Source: an uncultured cyanobacterium
GTDB taxonomy: Bacteria > Cyanobacteriota > Cyanobacteriia > Phormidesmidales > Phormidesmidaceae
Length of the DNA stretch: 64,000 bases
NCBI GenBank assembly: GCA_963793265.1
Contig: CAWBZI010000001.1
Coordinates: 704,001 to 768,000, forward strand
Direction of reading: 5' to 3'
Positions within the stretch are counted from its first letter, which is position 1. Each line of letters starts with the position of its first letter. Shown piece after piece: positions 61,973-64,000 of this stretch. The notes below the pieces were generated by a model, which worked only from the letters and a program-made list of their open reading frames with translations, was not told the origin of the DNA and ran no database searches. A program made the position numbers and the translations under genes.

Positions 61973-63070
61973 ATGAGTGCTTCTAATTCTGATAGTTTGA
62001 GCCATCCACCCAGCGATTTTCCTTTAGAGGCGGCAGCACGGACAGACGTTCTCACGGCAGTAAGCGCCAAGCTCGACGAATACGCATTTCCTGAAATCGC
62101 TCAAAAGATCCAACAAGACATTCAAAACCGAATGGCTGCCGAAGGCTACCAGGACATCACCAGCGGCGCACAGCTAGCCGAAACGCTAACTGCACAGCTC
62201 CAAACCCTCAGCGGAGATCTCCACCTCAAGGTTTACTTCAGCCCAGCCGTCCTACCCCATCTAGAGCCACAGACTGAGATTTCGCCCGAAGAACTCGCTC
62301 ATCAGCGCCGCCTCAGCGAACTGCGAAATTTTGACTTCAACTGCGTCGAAAGGCTGCGCGGAAACATTGGCTACCTGGAGCTTTTTAGCTTCGAGCCACC
62401 CGAATTTGCCGGAGACGCTGCCGCTGCCGCCATGCAGTTTTTGGCTCACACCAGCGCCCTGATCATTGACCTGCGTCGAAATCGCGGCGGCTCAGCCAGC
62501 ATGGTTGCCCTACTCACCAGCTATTTACTACCGCCTTATCCCGCCGTTCATCTAACCGACCTGTACTGGCCCAAAGAAAACCGCACGCAGCAGTCTTGGA
62601 CGCTGCCACACGTGAGCGGCGCGCGCTACCTCGACAAGCCGGTTTATATCCTCATCGGCCCTGATACATTCTCAGCCGCAGAAGAATTTGCCTACAACCT
62701 CAAGCACTTAAACCGAGCCGTCATCGTTGGTGAAACTACCGCAGGCGGCGCTAATCCTGGTGCAGGCTTTAGGCTACACGACCATTTCTGGATGTTTATC
62801 CCCACCGGGCAGGCAACCAGCTCAGTCACTCAAGAAAGCTGGGAAGGTAGCGGCGTATTGCCAAGCTTCAAAGTACCAAAGGAACTGTCATTAAAAACGG
62901 CGCAGCTCTTAGCGATTAGAAAGCTTTTGCGAGACGAGGACGAAGGTCAAAATCCAAGCCGGATGGAGCGTAGCCTGCGCCAAGAATTGGAAGACTCGCT
63001 GACGAAAGTAGAAGCTGATTTGAATCAAATGCAGCAAGACCTGGTAAGTAACATGAGTAAGATCCGATAG
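61973..63070 (+). CDS. S41 family peptidase (IRBP-like)
   Basis: GNIGYL, LIIDLRRNRGG, TFSAAEEF catalytic Ser, VGETTAGGA, WEGSGVLP. Confidence 0.92.
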   Translation: MSASNSDSLSHPPSDFPLEAAARTDVLTAVSAKLDEYAFPEIAQKIQQDIQNRMAAEGYQDITSGAQLAETLTAQLQTLSGDLHLKVYFSPAVLPHLEPQTEISPEELAHQRRLSELRNFDFNCVERLRGNIGYLELFSFEPPEFAGDAAAAAMQFLAHTSALIIDLRRNRGGSASMVALLTSYLLPPYPAVHLTDLYWPKENRTQQSWTLPHVSGARYLDKPVYILIGPDTFSAAEEFAYNLKHLNRAVIVGETTAGGANPGAGFRLHDHFWMFIPTGQATSSVTQESWEGSGVLPSFKVPKELSLKTAQLLAIRKLLRDEDEGQNPSRMERSLRQELEDSLTKVEADLNQMQQDLVSNMSKIR

Positions 63071-63227
63071 CAGTTGTAACGCTACGTATAAAAACTGTTG
63101 CGAACCACAAACTAATGACAAATATCTATTGATTGCATAAGGTTTTTGTGAATACTGAAGAACGCGGCTGCTAGCAGTTAACAATAGTTAGTCGTATTTA
63201 ACAGCATTGCTTTCAAGGCAAAATTCC

Positions 63228-64000
63228 ATGATCTCTTCAGCGCCTCAGTCCGTCACAAAACGCTCGGAAAATCCGTCTAGATTCAGTCGGGTGAAAGGTA
63301 TGCATCTGTGGAAACTGAGCTTGGGGAGTGTGGCGATCGCACTGAGCCTCTCAAATATAGCGATCGCCCAAACCAACCTCGACCAACCAAACCCCGCCCA
63401 ACCAAACCCAACTGCCATCAGCCAAACGCAAATCGTACCCGGCGAAGTCATCGCCCCACCCGCAGCTCCAACCCCAGCCCCCGCGCCCTTCTCGCCTAAC
63501 CTAGCGGGCATCACCGACCTATCAGCAGACGCCAACGCCATCAGAAGCGCGGGCCAACTGCGACCTGCGAACCCAGAAGCGCTAGGTGATGACAACGTGG
63601 ACTGGATAAAGTCCGTTGTTCTGCCTCTATACGCATCACCGGGCGGCGAGCACTGGGGCTGGATTTACCAGGGCTGGCTCATTCCTGAAGGGCAAACCCC
63701 GTTGGCAATTGGTCGAGATGCAAGCTTTGCCATGATCAAAGCCTACGAAAATCTGTACACTTTTCCCGTACTTGAAGTCCGCGAAGACGGCTGGTTTCGA
63801 GTGCAATACACCCAGGGCGGCAGCGCTTGGGCACATTCTTCACAGCTAGAACTCGGTGAGGTTCCTTTGAGCGTAGAAGGTTGGGAAGATCGGCTACAGG
63901 CCCAAGATGCGGTTTACTTTTTGCAGACAGGAGAGGCTCAGGCATTGCGATCGCAGCCCCAAGCCGCCACCAACATGCTAAGCCTAGTACCCTCTGGCAG
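63228..64000 (+). CDS. Secreted hypothetical protein, truncated by window end (absent from ORF track)
   Basis: Open frame from ATG 63228 (or 63300): LWKLSLGSVAIALSLSNIAIA-Q signal, Pro-rich linker, then LPLYASPGGEHWGWIYQGW..FPVLEVREDGWFRVQY. Confidence 0.75.
   Translation, partial: MISSAPQSVTKRSENPSRFSRVKGMHLWKLSLGSVAIALSLSNIAIAQTNLDQPNPAQPNPTAISQTQIVPGEVIAPPAAPTPAPAPFSPNLAGITDLSADANAIRSAGQLRPANPEALGDDNVDWIKSVVLPLYASPGGEHWGWIYQGWLIPEGQTPLAIGRDASFAMIKAYENLYTFPVLEVREDGWFRVQYTQGGSAWAHSSQLELGEVPLSVEGWEDRLQAQDAVYFLQTGEAQALRSQPQAATNMLSLVPSG

Overview
Cyanobacterial chromosomal window; the HIP1 octamer GCGATCGC recurs throughout and gene content fits a Leptolyngbya/Phormidesmis-like genome (taxon is inference). 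1-28 kb and 57-64 kb are mostly housekeeping: thrC, msrA, Prx/BCP, NifU-like, serS-rseP-nth-rpsN, aat, USP, tatC, RodZ-like, SLT, pepA, pgm, MOSC, Ser/Thr kinase, bioD, M20 and S41 peptidases. The standout is a 23-kb minus-strand locus (32.4-55.4 kb) of nine secreted-protein genes: seven DUF11/CnaA-like Ig proteins, a large outer-membrane beta-barrel and a beta-helix/OmpA protein. The DUF11 domain appears split across the termini: C-termini end in an incomplete domain (Lys+Asp, last two strands missing) and mature N-termini begin with those missing strands (Asn). This suggests a sortase-independent pilus built by beta-strand donation and possibly intermolecular isopeptide bonds, with candidate shaft, adaptor, tip, base and chaperone subunits (inference; novelty not verified). 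Also noted: a G10 tract in the barrel gene, two frameshifted genes, a His-less pseudo-kinase, an HTH-NB-ARC-WD40 STAND protein, a DnaA-box cluster with no dnaA/dnaN in the window, and two palindromic repeats. No rRNA, tRNA, CRISPR or transposase was recognised.
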